From NCBI GenBank assembly GCA_965649765.1, contig OZ287752.1, positions 54,560,001 to 54,624,000 on the forward strand: DNA of 64,000 nucleotides, read 5' to 3'. This DNA is from Bispira polyomma. Its lineage: Eukaryota. Position numbers and translations under genes: made by a program. The notes under the pieces were generated by a model that worked only from the letters and a program-made list of their open reading frames with translations, did not search any database and had not been told where the DNA came from. Each line of letters begins with the position of its first letter. Within the stretch, counting starts at the first letter, position 1. Shown here in pieces: positions 38,001-53,400 of the stretch.

Positions 38001-38867
38001 AGCTGTTGTTAATATGTATTTTATATGGATTATGTAGTGGTGTTTCATGTAAACAGTACTGTTGTGCCTTGACGTGTCGTCCCCTGTAGTGTAGTACAGT
38101 GCCTTGGTTTCTAAACCCCTGTTTCTGCATAGTTGAAAGCGATGTAAAAAACCAAAATTCTGACTGAGATCTTTTGCTTATCCCTGTGTTTTAGCCCAAT
38201 GATAGTTCCCATAAGCAATATATTGCGCATACAAATACTGTTCTTGAAAATTCAATAATCAAATACAGCAGATCTAAAGGCTCATAACTCAGTCAAGGCA
38301 CCAATGGGACAAGAACATTTGTTGTTTTATGTAATCCTAAGGTAAAGATCGAAAGAACAGAGACAAAACATCACCTCTTTGTCAGTTTAATATCCAATGT
38401 TTTTTAGTCTCTAACAGACTCTAAGAACTGGTATAACTTATGGTTTTTATGTAACAGACAATTTCACCTTCTGAACATCAAAGTGCCCTGAGCAAAGTTG
38501 CTGTGACTAACCTATCTGTGAACATTTAAAGGAATCGTGATCAGTAGAAACAGAGAGGAAGTTCTATCATTTATTGAATTACATTAGGCTTTTTTTTTTT
38601 TTTTGGTGAATGCCAAAATTACAAGTTGTACTGCCTAAAACGCCTTTGAATCTTTACCTTTTCATCTTTTTTGTGAGAACTGTAAATAATTAGCTTGAAC
38701 AATAAACCTAAAATAATAAAGTATTAGGTAGCCTTACGTGCACTGTTTCAACAACAGCACCTCTTATATATTAACTAAGAATATGAAGACCATGAAAGAA
38801 AACATATTAGGAAATACTAATATTTATACTAAGTTAAAAGCTACACCTATATACACACTGAACAGTA

Positions 38868-39137
38868 GGGCCACCTTTAACAATTTAAGTTCAGTCACTT
38901 AAGGTGACTTTAAATTACCTTAGGTTACTAACTTTGTGGTGACCTTAAACCGAGGTCACCTTAGCACAAGTTAAGGTTTGATTCACTTTGTGTTGAATGT
39001 ATAAAAGTATGTGGTCATCTGTGGTGACCTTATACTAAATTAAAGTATTGTTAACTTACCAACTTTTTAGATAAAGTTAACTTTAAATACATGAAGTTAA
39101 GTCTAAATATAGATTTACTGCTCTATTGAGGTGGCCC
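38868..39137. mobile_element. MITE, unit 2
   Basis: Paralog of 15560-15829. Confidence 0.7.
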
Positions 39138-40949
39138 TAAATATATAACTTTGAGAAATTGTAAAAATATAGATATATGTAAAGAAAAGAAAGAGCCCCC
39201 TTATGACCAGATGTGTTAGCTAATGGCTAAAACTTAACTCAAACTAGCAATAATTCTTCAGTCCATGCTACAGCATCACTTAGCTCACTAGAACCTTACA
39301 TGACTGCGACAGCCCGTTGTTACATCAATCATCATGGCCAAACTATATTATGCAAACATATATTTTTCTCTTGACTGGCTGTAGTAATCCATGTTTGCCT
39401 TGCGTGCTTTTGGCTGCTTTGAATATTATTGGATCACTTGTTGGAGCCAGGGTGTGTGAAACTACAAACTACCTGTGAAATATAGTTTACAATGTTTAAA
39501 CAAAACGCCAAATTAGAACGCAATATGCAAAATTGTTACACTTTGATTCAAACTAAACCACTCTTTATCAAATTACACCATCCCCCAAATTGCAACCTAT
39601 TGTACCAAATTACTTCATATCCTTGTACCATATTATGACACCACTTACCAAATTAAAATACAATGTGCCAAACTAAAACACATTTAAAATTTGAACGATG
39701 ATGATAGCTTATGTATCCGTTATGTAGACAGGTGCAGGTCGACACCATGGAGACGCTGGGAAGCTGACCCATGGAATGGTGGAAAAGCCTTGCTAAACAG
39801 ACAGGTATTGGACTTTTGTATGAAACAGGGCAGAGAAGCAGAGTGATTCCACACGTTAAGAAGCATCATAAGCAAAAGTATGCTTGAAATGTGTTATTTA
39901 TTTATGAACTGATGGATTAAAAATTTAAAAATTGGACCTAATTTGCCTGGTATTGTGTAAACGTGTATGAGGAGAAAGGTGTGGGCCAAAAATGCTGCAG
40001 TTAGAAACTTGTAAATTAAATGACTGTTTTAAAGATTGAACATTATCTGCCAAATTAAAACACTTGTTTACACTGGAACATGGACACACACACTGTTCTA
40101 TTCTATAATTTTTTTCTGTGAAGGTCATACACCTGCCATATATTGCCTGATATTCCTGGTGCACTATCATAGTCCAGAGCCAAGGCAATATTTTAAGAAA
40201 AAATACTGTAGTACTTCAGGCAAGTATGGTTAAATAAATGTTTGGTGAAATAAAAACTTCTTTTACTTTACAAAAACGTAAGATATGTGAACTAATTTCA
40301 AGAGGAACTGAATTCCAAAGCAGCCATGTTACGTGACAAAATGAATTCCACACCTGTTCTAGTCAAACTTGGAGATATTTGACACATACTAAATGATGAT
40401 ACATATTAGAGTATAATGAGAGGGATATGTCATAGGTTCTTAAGAGCTCTTCATAATCAAATGTATTTGCTTTTTCCAATAATACTCCCCCCCCCCCTCC
40501 TGCATTTACTAAGGCGTCTAAGTCACTGTTTTTTCCTGAACCATGGTGAAAGTAAATCCCAAAGACAAACAGTAAGCAAGAAAAGCAAAGAATTAGAGCG
40601 ACACCAAAGAAGGCTTGTAAACTGAAACTCTCCTCACAAAGAGAAGTTTACTGTAAGACCTTGTATTATTGTCACCCTGAGAAACTGTAACTCTGCACAG
40701 TGTAATTGTACTTCTCTTTGGGTAAATGGAAAATAATACTGTAAAATTAAAGACTGAGCATGTCTACCTTATGGTAAAGTAAAGAGTGGGCTTCCGATGA
40801 TATAATAGATGATCATCGAAAGGAAAGCCATTCTTCAATTATCAATAGTGTACAGGGCCTTTATTTTTATTTTAATGATTTCTGTTTGAGCAATTTTTTC
40901 TTAAATTTCACATTCATGGGGTTCATGGTTCATGGGCTTCATGGTTCAT

Positions 40950-41157
40950 GGTGGTGGACTAGTGGTTAAATGTGTTAACTTTACAATCACTGGTCTCTCA
41001 CTAAATTGGGTTCGAATCCTGCTTGTTTCTTTGGGTGGGGAAGTTTGGCAGGTACTTGCAAACAGGTCATTGCTTGCTTCAGGTACGATTTCTTCCACCA
41101 TTAAATCTGGCAGTCATGATATAACCTAAGCGACGTAAAATCAAACTAAATTTAAAT
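40950..41157 (+). mobile_element. SINE family B, unit 2
   Basis: Paralog of 17641-17848. Confidence 0.75.
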
Positions 41158-41403
41158 ACACACACTTGCCAGTAATTTAACACACTGCACACTTTCTTTT
41201 TGTAATTTTAAGGAAACACTAAACTTAATTTTACGATTACCATATATTAATAGTCTTAATGCAGGGGCATGTGTAGAAGCTTGTGTAGAAGCCAGTACGC
41301 AAAAGCATACCAATTTTATGACAGAATGAGCCCCCCCACCCCCACCCCACCCCCAACGAATTTATGTTAGCACAAAAAAAAACAAACATAATAGTTTGAT
41401 ACA

Positions 41404-41640
41404 TTAGCAAGCATTGCGATTCACAATCACTGGTCTCTCACCTCTGGGCGACGTGAGTTCGAATCCCGTCAATACCTATGTGGGAAAGGTGGTAGTTCTT
41501 TACTGTTGGCCGCTAGTTTCAGTGCAGAACCTTGATCAACTGTATGCAGTGTTTCCTCCAGCGTTTCCAACTACCCGTCCCAATATAACCTAAACAGGTA
41601 CTAGAGTGGACGTTAAATATCCAAATTAAAAAAAAAAATA
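41404..41640 (+). mobile_element. 5'-truncated SINE A, unit 2 (the unit 3 copy starts at ~63953)
   Basis: Paralog of 18095-18330. Confidence 0.85.
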
Positions 41641-41748
41641 AATAAATATAGAAGTAAAACATTAACATTAAATTGGGGTATACCAAATGAAAAATCCTAA
41701 CTACTCCCCTGTAATGTTATGGAAACTTTAACATATGAATTGCAAAAA

Positions 41749-42224
41749 AATGGGTTTGTCCAATTTTTACCTAATATTAGGTCGATTAAGCACCTTTGGT
41801 TCACATTAGCGATACTCTTTCTTCAATAGATGTAAAATCATCAATTTAATTGAACTGAAACAAGCTTTACAGGAAATGTGGAAAACTTTACCCAATACTT
41901 TGGAGGCGAATGTTCAAAGCCTGCCTCGAAGGATGGCAGCTAATGTACAGACCAAGGGGACAGACCAGAGGCTTTGATAAAAAATACTGAAAAAATTAGC
42001 TTTTTTAAAAATATCATTGATTTGGTTTGTAACTTAAATTTAACAGTTGTGAAGTTTGTTTTAAATGTAGTTTACTGTAACTGTGACAACTGTAATGCAA
42101 AGAAAACTTTTAAATGAAAATCATACCTACATACATATATATTAACAGATAATGTCTCAAATTTATTAAAGACTTATATATATAAAATTTGTTCAAATCT
42201 AATCTACCATTTTTAGCAACGCTG
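41749..42224 (+). mobile_element. Tc1 remnant, unit 2
   Basis: Paralog of 18440-18915. Confidence 0.8.
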
Positions 42225-45200
42225 TATATAATTCTAAACTAATTTAAAGGAAAATTCAATTTTTTTATCTCATATTTTCAGCTATTTACTGTACTAAAAT
42301 CAGGAAGTACATTTATCCTGCCCTATCTCTTTTAAGACCCCTCTCTTCTGTCTTTCTGGGGGGTATTGAAATGGAAAGATTTGCAGTACCCAAACCCAGT
42401 GGCATTAATAGGTCTAAAGCCCCAACTCAAATTGAGATAGAGTGTCCTGTGACGGTTTGATCCCCTCACTTGTAAAGTTCAAATAGCTGAAACTTGTGAC
42501 TTGCAACTGCAACTATCTTACTGTGGGTGATTTCAGCTTTGCCTACCTGAGCATTTCTGGTGTAGTTGTTGTATTTGTCGTTCTTGATATTTGGTATTAC
42601 ATTAGAAAATATATAAGGAAAATAGCACTCAGTAGAGTGCAAACCTCAACCAGGGTGGTCCAAAATCCTAAATAGGGATGTGATTTACTTAGTTATAGAC
42701 CTAAACCCGCCTGAACTCAGCCATCTCAATAGTATAATGCAAAGTAGATCAATAACTTATTTGAACAAATCACCCATTTCTTAGTAGTTCTTAGTAAGAT
42801 TAGGTAAACTCTCATATATATTGAATACTCTGTTCAAGATTTGATGACTTCTGTCTTACCCCACTATAGGATTTAACCAAAATTAGTTGAGCAGTATTTG
42901 TGTAATGATGCAGAAATTTTGGTCTTACTGAACTTCAGTTATCCTACAGGGTTATTTCTCACTTATTGGCCCGGTGGTGCCTTGGTGGAGTGAACCACTA
43001 ACAAAATTTGTCCTAGACTTTCACAAATGTTTTGCATAAAATCTGTGATTACCTCAGTGAGATTGTGGTGGTCCAGCCAAACGCAGAAAAATAAAGTATG
43101 GATCAGTACAAAAAATGATGAGAATATGGAAAAATTGTAATCTGGCACCATTCACCTTATTTTTTGTGTGTACAGATTTGGTAAGGTGTTTGTGGATTCC
43201 CTAACGGTGGCCCTGAAATTTAGTAAGATGCTACTACTGATAAAACGAATAAATGGTGAATCACAGCAACTTGTAAGGACAGACTAAGGTATATCTCCAT
43301 GGTTTCCTAAAGCATATATTTTATTAGGATACCAGCATTTGTTTTCTTGCACATTCACCACTCGGGTTGTGACCTAATTGCTTGCAAGTATTATCCTATA
43401 TGGTGAAGTTTAAGTTACTTCTTTGACCTTGCAGTGTGTGAAAGGTCACGTTATATGAGTAGGGTAAGTTATGAAGCTGCTGCTTCTATATGCAACTTTC
43501 TATATGTGTCATTTGAAGGTTTAAGTAAAAGTGACCAGCAATCTGTATCTGTTAGGTGATTGGTTAATGTAGAGTAATCAATTGGTTGGCAAGCAATTTT
43601 ACCTTAAAGCTCTATATTTTAGTTACTGAGGTGCCATTCCACTATTATTACAACCTTAGCAATCAGTAAAAAATTTGCTTTCAATCCCAAGTCCAACTAT
43701 CATGGTTTTAAAACCAGGTTGATTGTGGTTTTAAAACCATAAATTGCCTTGACCGGGCCTCCAAGCCATGGATACAACCCTTGTGAAACCATGGAGCCCC
43801 CTAATGATCACAGGCAGATGGCTTCCACGCTGGAAATGTTGGGCATGCTCAAAACTGCTTTGGATCTTTCACGGTGAATCGTATCAATGATTAACCACAG
43901 TGATACACACTGATTAGCCCTAATCGCAGTCACAAACCTCATCAACCCAAATTAACCATGATTGGTCTGGGTAAAGTCTGTGTTGCTGTTGTCTCAAATG
44001 TACAAGCATTTGTCTTACTTTATGACACCCCCGTGACACCCTGATTTACCAAGGTAAGCCTGGTAAACCCTGACTGGCAAAACCATAGATCAACCCCTCA
44101 TTTGACCCTCTATATCCATTCCCACGCCATCAGAGTTAGTGTACTTTTTAAACGATCTCTCGCGAAAATGATACGCTGTGTATGGTGTGAATGATGGCAT
44201 TATTGCCAATATGGAAAGTGACTGCATTGCTCCCTAATGTAAAGTTGTTGAGGGTTTTTAATCTTTGAATTTTAAGTACTAATCTCAAGTAGCAGTAGTT
44301 TAGTATATATTTAGTATTTCTGTCTATCTGAACAACAATTCCTTTGCAAAATCCCAAAATTTAGTATTTAGTATATATTTAGTATATCTGTCTATCTGAA
44401 CCACAATTCCTTTGCAAAATCCCAAAATTAATTTATGTCTTCCCTGAGCAATATGTATGAAACTTATGTAAAAACTGTGCTAGGATTTAGCTAAATCTTG
44501 ATATTTTACCATTTATCCTTCCCGAGAAGAAGACAAGAACAATTCCGTTTTTGTGATTACCAAATCAGTTAATATCTTAACTAAGCAAAACATATCAACC
44601 TTTAGACAAACCTAAGCCAGGATTTGGTTAGAACCATACATCTGGCATTATGTCCTGCCAAGGAATGACATTTAGTAAATCACCAAACCCAACCATTAAA
44701 CATATGACTGACTTATGTGATATAGAGTAACACGTGACATGTTAGCAGACAGTGTAATGACTTGAGAGGTCTCTCTACTGACGTGCTAGTGTCATTGTCT
44801 TTATGGGATATATATGATATGTGTGGGAGTTATCAGATGGTTCTTAAACTCATACTCAAAACCCAAAGCTCACATACATAGACTTTCTTATGTAATTGAT
44901 ATAACCTAACCATGTTACCATGAACCTTTGAGTGAGGCATTCAATTATGCAGTCCAGTTTTAGATGTCTTTATTATACACAGAGATACTGCAGCACATGT
45001 AATGATACATTCTTTTCTTAAATTTAGCACATTTATAAGGACCTTCCCCTTGGGAGATAGGTACGGGATGTTAGTTTATTAGTGTAATGGGGATGGAGAC
45101 AAAATTGGCCTTGTAAGAAGTTATGTAGACAGGCATGATAGACAGTTTGGGATAGCACGAGATATACTGGGCCAGCATCAGTTTTACTGGCAAAGCATTT

Positions 45201-46092
45201 CAGCATTTTCAAACAGTCAGTTCAGCAAGTGAAATTAATTGCTAATGCAAAAATATGTCACTTAAAGTTCTAAAATTTGCAATAATATATTTATCAGATA
45301 TCATACAAGAAAAATGGTTCAGTGTTTGTCCTACATTTCTTTTGCATACTTCAGGACAAAATAAGCCAGGTATGTAAATACATGTACATGTAACCTAAGA
45401 CATTGGATGACTTGACTTTATCACTAAGTCATGTGGTCATCCTGGCCTAGTTGCTAGGGAGTTGGTTGGGTTGTGGATAAGACCCAGGGACTTAAACTGT
45501 TAATTTCTGTGGTCATCTAAGCCACTATGTGTCTGCCTGTTCCTGCTAGCCCTAGATTGGGATCGTACCCATGTCCTTGGTACTTGTAAGTGAGTGTGTT
45601 GCCCGATTAGTATTGTATTATATATATTGACATCAGTTTGGAACTCAAACAGTTGTACTTTTTAAGTAGCTTTAAACATTCAGGTACAATGAACTTTTTT
45701 AACAAGGTCGCAAGGTAAAATGCTATTGTTTAATTAATATGGTTAAGTTATCAAGCCTGCAACTTTTAGCAAGGCTAACTGTGCTTATGGTGTGTAGTAA
45801 GAGATTTAACTGGTGACCCTTATTGTTGGCTATTATTGTCATGGTCAATAATCTGAAGAAATGTAACCAGAATTTACTCAGAAACAGATACTTCTGAAAC
45901 TATAGCCATCGGTCATAGATACATAAAGATAAATGAATCAGATTCTAACCATGTCTGCGAGATTACTTGTTATCTTGGACTAGTTGATTTATTTGTCTAG
46001 AACATTACCTTACAATAACAGTAATTAAGGTACCAATATCTATCGTAACATAATAATTGACACCAAAATAGATTAAATTAGATATTTATATC

Positions 46093-46413
46093 TTGCATTG
46101 AACAATAATGTTTTAATTGCAGATTTAAAACTTGACAGTTTTTTCAATTTGTCTGATGTTAATTGGTAAGCTGTTCCAAAGCTTAGGGAGCACTGTATGA
46201 AAAAATATTTATCGTTAGATGTTTTGTGGCTGCTAGCAGCAAAATTAAACAAAATTACAAATCCCATTTACATGAATGTAATTGAGGAATGGTAACATTT
46301 TTAAATGTGATTGATAGATTTATCTAACACATTTTTACAATATGTTTGGATACAATATATGTTAAATGATAATGAGAAACAATTGATAGATTGCATTGCT
46401 TGTCATACAACAT
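46093..46413 (-). mobile_element. LINE 3' remnant, next unit
   Basis: Paralog of 22790-23110. Confidence 0.7.
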
Positions 46414-48288
46414 CACGTACATACGAATGTAGGCTGAGGTAAAATTCTCCAAATAGCTCTGCGAATCCATCCGAAGTATTCAATAATGAGTCTACCTGTT
46501 AAAAGCACTGACACACTGTTCTAGTGTATGCCACTGTCAAGGTCATACATCTATCACATATTGTGGAATATAACACACTAATGATCCTCTAACTGTTGAA
46601 CTGTCTTAGTCCAAAGTCACAGAAACCACTAAGGTCATGGCCACCAGGAAGATACAGAATAGAGTCAGGATGTAACTGGTAAAAACCAGTTTACATCAAA
46701 CTCAGAGTTCAAAACTGAGAGAAGTGAACCCTCCTGGTGGCTATTCTATTGTCTCAGTCACTTATTGTGTACTTATGCGCCATTATTGATGTCAGCTATA
46801 TCTTCAAATGGACAGCATAAAGCTCAGGGTATATAAGGTAACACGTAAAGCTATATATGTTACAGCGAATTACATTCAGTCAGTGATTTCGCAAAATCCC
46901 TGATACATAATGTACTTTTTACACTTATTGAATGGCTTTTAGGGAATTTGTGAAAGACACTAATTTTACTTTCTAGTTAGGAAAATACATTAGAATCCAA
47001 AGTGAGCGAATTAATAATAAAGTCATAAATTATTGTGGGGTAATATGTTTTTAATCATTTTGTGAGTTCAGGAGCATCTGGTTCTGTAGAATACATATGA
47101 AACTTTCTGGGAAAAGACATACTTTAAAATAAAGACTAAATATAAAATTCAACCAGAATATTTGAACATACAGTGAGCATTTGCATGTATTCATTAAAAA
47201 CTTAATACTCAGGGGACAGTTTTATATCAATTTTCCACAATTTTAAGTTACTTTACCATTGGAGCATATGACTACATAAGCATTGCTGGTCATCATAAGA
47301 CTAATTGTATTATCACATCTTGGCCAAGGCTATTCATCCCCAATGGTGGCATTACCAGGCACACTAGTGCCACTCAAACGCCAGCCAAGCTTCTAGGCCA
47401 CTCTGCCACACTTCATGTAGTTTTGTGATAGACATGGTTATACTTTTTGTATTTTGCTTTTGTACTGTGAATTTATATGTACACATTGTGAAGAATTTGA
47501 TGAAAAAGAAAAAAACAAATAAATTCTATTTCAGCCTCTAAAATATATCTAACTATGTATAAACAGAACTATGGCAAGTACGCGATGGAGTTATGAATAG
47601 CTATTTCCATTCACAGAATTAGGCAAAATAAGAAAAAATATTGAGTTTTTTAGTTTTTTGTCTGCGAGTCAATATAGGTTTACTGGTACAGTTCACAAAC
47701 TAAATTGGCCAGACAATATATTCCATTATGCACTGGGAGTTGTAAAAGTGTTTAACAATAAACTTCTGGTATGGGATTATTATCTTATTCATTGAATTTT
47801 TAGCATGGGTATTGTAGTAACTTATATAGGTTGTAGAGAATCAAATATTATATCTTCGGGAAGACAAATAACTACATTTCTAATAGTTTCATAAAATCAA
47901 CATATATCATATATTAGCTAAGAACATTTTACACACTAAAAACTGATAGAGATATAATACCAAATTTTCAAATAATTAAGCATTTTAAAGTGTCTGATTA
48001 AATGGTGCAGACATATGCAAATTGCACGGTTATATTATCATTTAATAAATGTACTGCTGTCTAAAAATCTTTCACTTACTTTAATCAGTTGCTGTTTGTT
48101 TTTTGTTACAGTAACATGGCGCAAAGTTTAGTAATGTGTCAAATTGGACAATTCTGAATCTGTGAGTATACTCCTTCAGATACAGACAAACTGTAAACCA
48201 GCTCCTCCAATCATCCTTGTCCTAAGCTACCATGACTCTCAGAAGCAGTAAGGAAACAAGAGACCACCTGTAGAAGTATTATTTTTAT

Positions 48289-48542
48289 GGGCCGTGGTGG
48301 CCTAGTGGTTAGCAAGCATTGCACTTCACAATCACTGGTCTCTCACCTCTGGGCGGCGTGAGTTCAACTCCCGTCGATGCCTATGTGGGAAAGGTGGTAG
48401 TTCCTTACTGTGGGCCCCTGGTTTAAGTGCAGAACCTTGACCAACTGTATGCAGTGTTTCCTCCAGCGTTTCCAACTACCCGTCCCAATATAACCTACTA
48501 GAAGGTACTAGAGTGAACGTTAAATATCTAAATTCAAATTTA
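48289..48542 (+). mobile_element. SINE family A, copy in unit 3
   Basis: Paralog of 2177-2430. Confidence 0.85.
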
Positions 48543-49852
48543 AGAGACATATTTTTATCAGAACCATTTATACAGTCCTATAAAGTGACAATGGTCACCA
48601 TAGGTAGGCAATTGATGTTATTCGATGGTATAACCTGTATTACATTGCTGGAGGATAGAACCTGGGACTTTCTGATCACATTGCCCAACTCTATATCCAC
48701 AAGGCTATGGGAGACCTGCGACTAAACCATAATATCAACATATATATCCTGGTATATCTTTGACATATATTTTTTGTATATATTTAAATTCAAGAAAGAG
48801 TTCTGTTTAAAAGTATTGTGACATTCTTGGCCATTTAGATAAATATTGAAAACCATTCCGTGGTAATTGAGGTTAAGCATAAATGTGAGTTTAAAACCTT
48901 TCCAAAATATGGCCTCTGATAACTTTGACCCACTATATCCAAAATACAAAACTGGTTGTTTCAAGTAAAGGTCCAAATGTTCATAAAGTAATGTGAATGA
49001 TAAAATTTACTCTACATTGATAAAATTACTGTTGTGTGGCCTATGTGTATATACATGATTAGAATGAAATTATATTAGCAAGCTAATATATCATTTATTG
49101 TAAAATGCGCTTTTATTGGAAAAAATTATTATATGCATATATACTAGTTATATTATATAGACATTTCAATGATATCTACTAAAATATAGCACAGAAATGC
49201 AACAATAAATAGTATTGGGATGATAAGGTCAAAATTAAAGGTCAAACAGACTCAAACCGAGGTCAAAGTATGAAAACTGCCGCAAATGGTGTGATCAGGG
49301 AATAACAACAGGTAATCATTACAGTGTGGTTAGAAAGTATATAGCTCAATATAACACTAACACGTGCACGCTTCGACTTCTTTCCTTACGACTTTGCTAT
49401 ATCCATGGACTTAATAATTACATCAATGATTCTGTTGTTACGCTTTAGAAGATGCCTAGCATCAATAAAGAGTGTTAAAAATTCATAATAATAGTAATAA
49501 TCAGAACTAAAACAGAATTTTATTCAAGATATTTGGAGCATTATACGATTTTATTACATACATTCGGGAATTTATTTAGGAAAGTGATATCCTTCTTCAA
49601 TGATACAAGTAGACTATTCAGGTATAGAAAGGTCCTTTTAGTGTACTTGTATATATCTACAAATATCTTCAAAACACAACATGCAATAAAACAAATCCAA
49701 TCTACAGAGAATTACTACTCGTATCACATCGAAGGTTATTTAAGAAACATCCAATTAATTAATTGTGACTTATTGTGCTACTTGATAAAAAATAAAAATA
49801 AATATTGATTGGTTTGATGGGTTGAATGTTTGTGACCCAGACACCTTACGGT

Positions 49853-50452
49853 TTAGGACATATTGTACTGTATCCTGTCGAAATTGTCTGTCATGAACCT
49901 ATTCAAGGGAGGCTCCAGTGAGTTAATGATCTCCTGAAAGCAAATTTCTGCAGCAACCATATAGCCCTGCAACTTCAACTGTTCACGGATGTAGTAATCA
50001 ATGGCCAGACATGTAAACACAAAAGAACTAATCAAAAATAGCCACATCAAGCGAAATGTTGATTCCTCTGCTGATTTTTTCTGTGACACCACATCCATGC
50101 ACTGGTTCGCCTGGATAGAGAATTCCAATTCCAGGATGTTGCCCCAATCCAGCTTGCATGTGTACAGCTCTTCCGCCTTCCCATGGTGTAACACCCAGAT
50201 TTTAAACAGTCTTCTGATAAGCATCCACAGCCACCCAAATAGGTTGTTGTCACCTCGGCTGTTCCATTCATGTTCGGTCCCACAGGTTAGGCCATATACA
50301 AACTTGCCAAGTATTGCCAACACTCGTCGTTGAAGTATGATTTCACAAGCACGATCGGGTGTATCCTGACTAAATGCATAGTACGAAATCATGCAACCAA
50401 TTACCACTGCTAAATACCTGAACAGTAGAAGTTGTTTTCTAGTAAATGTCAT
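49853..50452 (-). CDS. Orphan 199-aa predicted membrane protein, copy 3 (T48A, V200M in track numbering)
   Basis: Intact paralog of 3741-4340 with two substitutions. Confidence 0.7.
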   Translation of the reverse strand: MTFTRKQLLLFRYLAVVIGCMISYYAFSQDTPDRACEIILQRRVLAILGKFVYGLTCGTEHEWNSRGDNNLFGWLWMLIRRLFKIWVLHHGKAEELYTCKLDWGNILELEFSIQANQCMDVVSQKKSAEESTFRLMWLFLISSFVFTCLAIDYYIREQLKLQGYMVAAEICFQEIINSLEPPLNRFMTDNFDRIQYNMS

Positions 50453-53400
50453 CTTCACTTGTGCTACTATGATAATTAAGCAAAACTGACACGTATCTAT
50501 GTAAAATGGTTTTTGTCGTCATAAGTTTGCAATCATGACGTACCACAACGTCACACCATGACGTATGTATCCATTGTGACGTCATTTATGCCTTCTCGTT
50601 TATTCTCACATGTGAGGACAATTATAAGTACATTTGACTATGTATGACTCCATCTGTTGCAGAATTATTCTATGATTAGTAGCAGCATTCAGAATTTTCA
50701 CCAAGTAGTATGTCGTTGTTGTTTTATATTTCAAATATGAACTAGAATCTAGTTTAAGATATTCTAAACATAGAACATATAAAGACGTTTGAACAAAAAC
50801 AGAACAGGCGATTCAGCTAGAAGATGACGTATGTGTTTGTAGTTTGTCCCTTAATATTTAGGAAAGAAATATTGATCACATAAATACATCTAGTTAAGGG
50901 ATAATGTTGGTGAGTTAGTCAGGTACTTGCCATAGGTGAGTGGTTTCTTCCGCTATTGAATCTGGCTTTCGTGATATGAGCTAAGCTGTTAAAAGCGACG
51001 TAAAACGCAACTAAATTCAAATTCTTATATGTCACTATAATAAATAAAAAATAGTAAAAAATATAATGCAAAATTGCTTTCCACAGAAATAACCATGTTT
51101 TGTTATGTTTTCTTTTTCTGAGTCTAGCCAACTTCCAGTTCCTTTAATCAATGGAATGGAAACTGTCAAAAGTTTAATTCAGGGAAATTGCAGGTTTTCT
51201 TAGTGAAAAGTTCCAACAGTAGAAAATTTAATCTATGGTTTTAGAATGATTACTAAAAATAATTATATGTTTCTCATTAATGGTGTTTATGGATACTTTC
51301 AAAGATATTTTGCCATTTAGCCCATTTTATAATGCATTCTGTCAGTGTACAAAAAGTAGACCCATTGGTCTGATTGGGTATACTGTTAGTGCATTTTATT
51401 GTACTCAGATCAAAGCCTGGGAAATTCCTAGCTAGTTGTTTTTTGGGATATAATCCACTACAAAACCATATAATCATGACCCCCCCCCCCCCCCCAGCCC
51501 CCAACCCCCCTCTGTCAGAGAGTAATAAATTAAACTACTTAACCAACCACAAGAAAGGCATTAAGTGAATCCTCATAGGTAACATTATGTATCATTGTGG
51601 TGTTCTTTTAATTGTGGTTTAATCTTTCCATCTATCCAAGCTGTTAATGTACAATGGTAGTATGTAGTACATAGGGTGTATCCAGAGGGTGTCGAGGGTC
51701 CAGGCCCCAGAGCCGGGCTCCGGGTCCAGGAATACCTATCTAGGGGGCAAGGCCCCAGATACAGGGGATGGTCCAGGGGCTGACCAAACATGAATAAAAC
51801 AGTCAAATTTCAACAATTATGTTAACAATATACTCTAAGAGTGAACGTAAGACCTAGATCCGATACATGGTGTATTTTAGCATATTAACTGTACCCAAGT
51901 GTATATTAAAGTTTAAATCATCCTCTTTAGAGGTATAGTCCGTTACCAAATATACCAAATAGGGGGTAACTCAGCATTGGTAAAATAATGTATTCTCAGT
52001 ATTTGAATTTAGTTAGGTTTTAGTGTCACCTTAAAAAGTTTCGAGTTTATATCAAGATGGTCAGACTTAATGATGGAAGAAACCAGTGCTAAAGCACTTT
52101 AAACCACCAGCTTATGGCAAGTACAAACTTTCCCACATGTTTCTTTGTCAAATGTAATAGGTACACTATTGTACATGGAAAATAACCATTCTGTCACATA
52201 CTTATTATTAAAAAATTGCATTTTGTATGTGTAAAACAACAGCTTAAATCTATATAGTTTGGTGTTTTCTTTTCTGAAAATGGAAGAAACAATTGTGTTT
52301 TATCTCCAAATATCACAAACCTCCTTTCTCCTATCAGACTATTCTTTTGCTCATTGTTTGGAATATGCGCCACAGAGGATGCCTGGTCATCAATTGTGGA
52401 ACTATAGAAGTCAACACATTAACATTAAAACATATCTTTCTTTTTGATATTTTGTCCTCAGTTTTTGCCCTTAACTATATGTGTACTCTGATAATCCCAT
52501 GAGTGTAAAAAAGGCTAATATTGGTACATTGTTTTGTTTTACAATTTTAAGCTCCATTGTCAGGCTATCATATTATATAAGTACATTTGTAATACCTACT
52601 CATAATTCCTGTCAGAAGGAATCTAGGCCATGCATTCATTGGGGATTACCCCACTATCTAACTATATGCATTACATATCATTGACGCCCCAAAAAGGCAT
52701 CAATTGCCTGAACAATTTTCTTTAAGTGAGTGTAATAGGATTACCTTACTTTTACACTTGTATGTATTTATGCGGTGGTGCTTTCTAGCTTGTATTATAA
52801 CAATATGTCCGATAATGCCATGTACAAAAATAAAATTCTCTTTTTTTACATTGACCGTATACCAACTTTCAAAATTTCACTATAATTTTTCCCTCATTCT
52901 ATGATGCATTTTTTCCAGTTTATCCATTCAATATGGCTGTTACAATTGTTACTTTCAGAGTTTGGTGTTAAATCCTGGGAGGGATTTGTACATATAGCAA
53001 AATTATTTTCATTTCTTTTTTTATTAAAACAAAAATCATCTCTTTCTACACGATTTGATATGTTAAGATATTAATGTAATCTTTTAATGCAATACAGGTT
53101 ATATGGCTTATTTAACGATAACAGAACATCCATGACGAGGTGACCAAACATGGTTAAATAACAGAAGTCTGCTGGTGTATCCTACAAATATGAAACATTA
53201 CTTGGCTATTCCTGATCTCACGAGAGGTCATTTCTGGGGAGGGGGGGGGGACAATTTCGAAGTTAATTAATTTATTTTAAATAATGCTTTTATATATTAC
53301 TGTTCAAACATATTTAACTTAAAAAATAAGTCTGATATGGGAAGAATTTTAAGCAGTACATGTGAGTTTATTTTTGCCTGCAAAATGAGACATTTGTGAG

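Larger units (their letters stand above)
22973..46275. repeat. ~23 kb tandem unit, copy 2
   Basis: Colinear with copy 1. Lacks the 163 bp at 931-1093 and has an extra 482 bp at 37187-37668. Confidence 0.98.
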
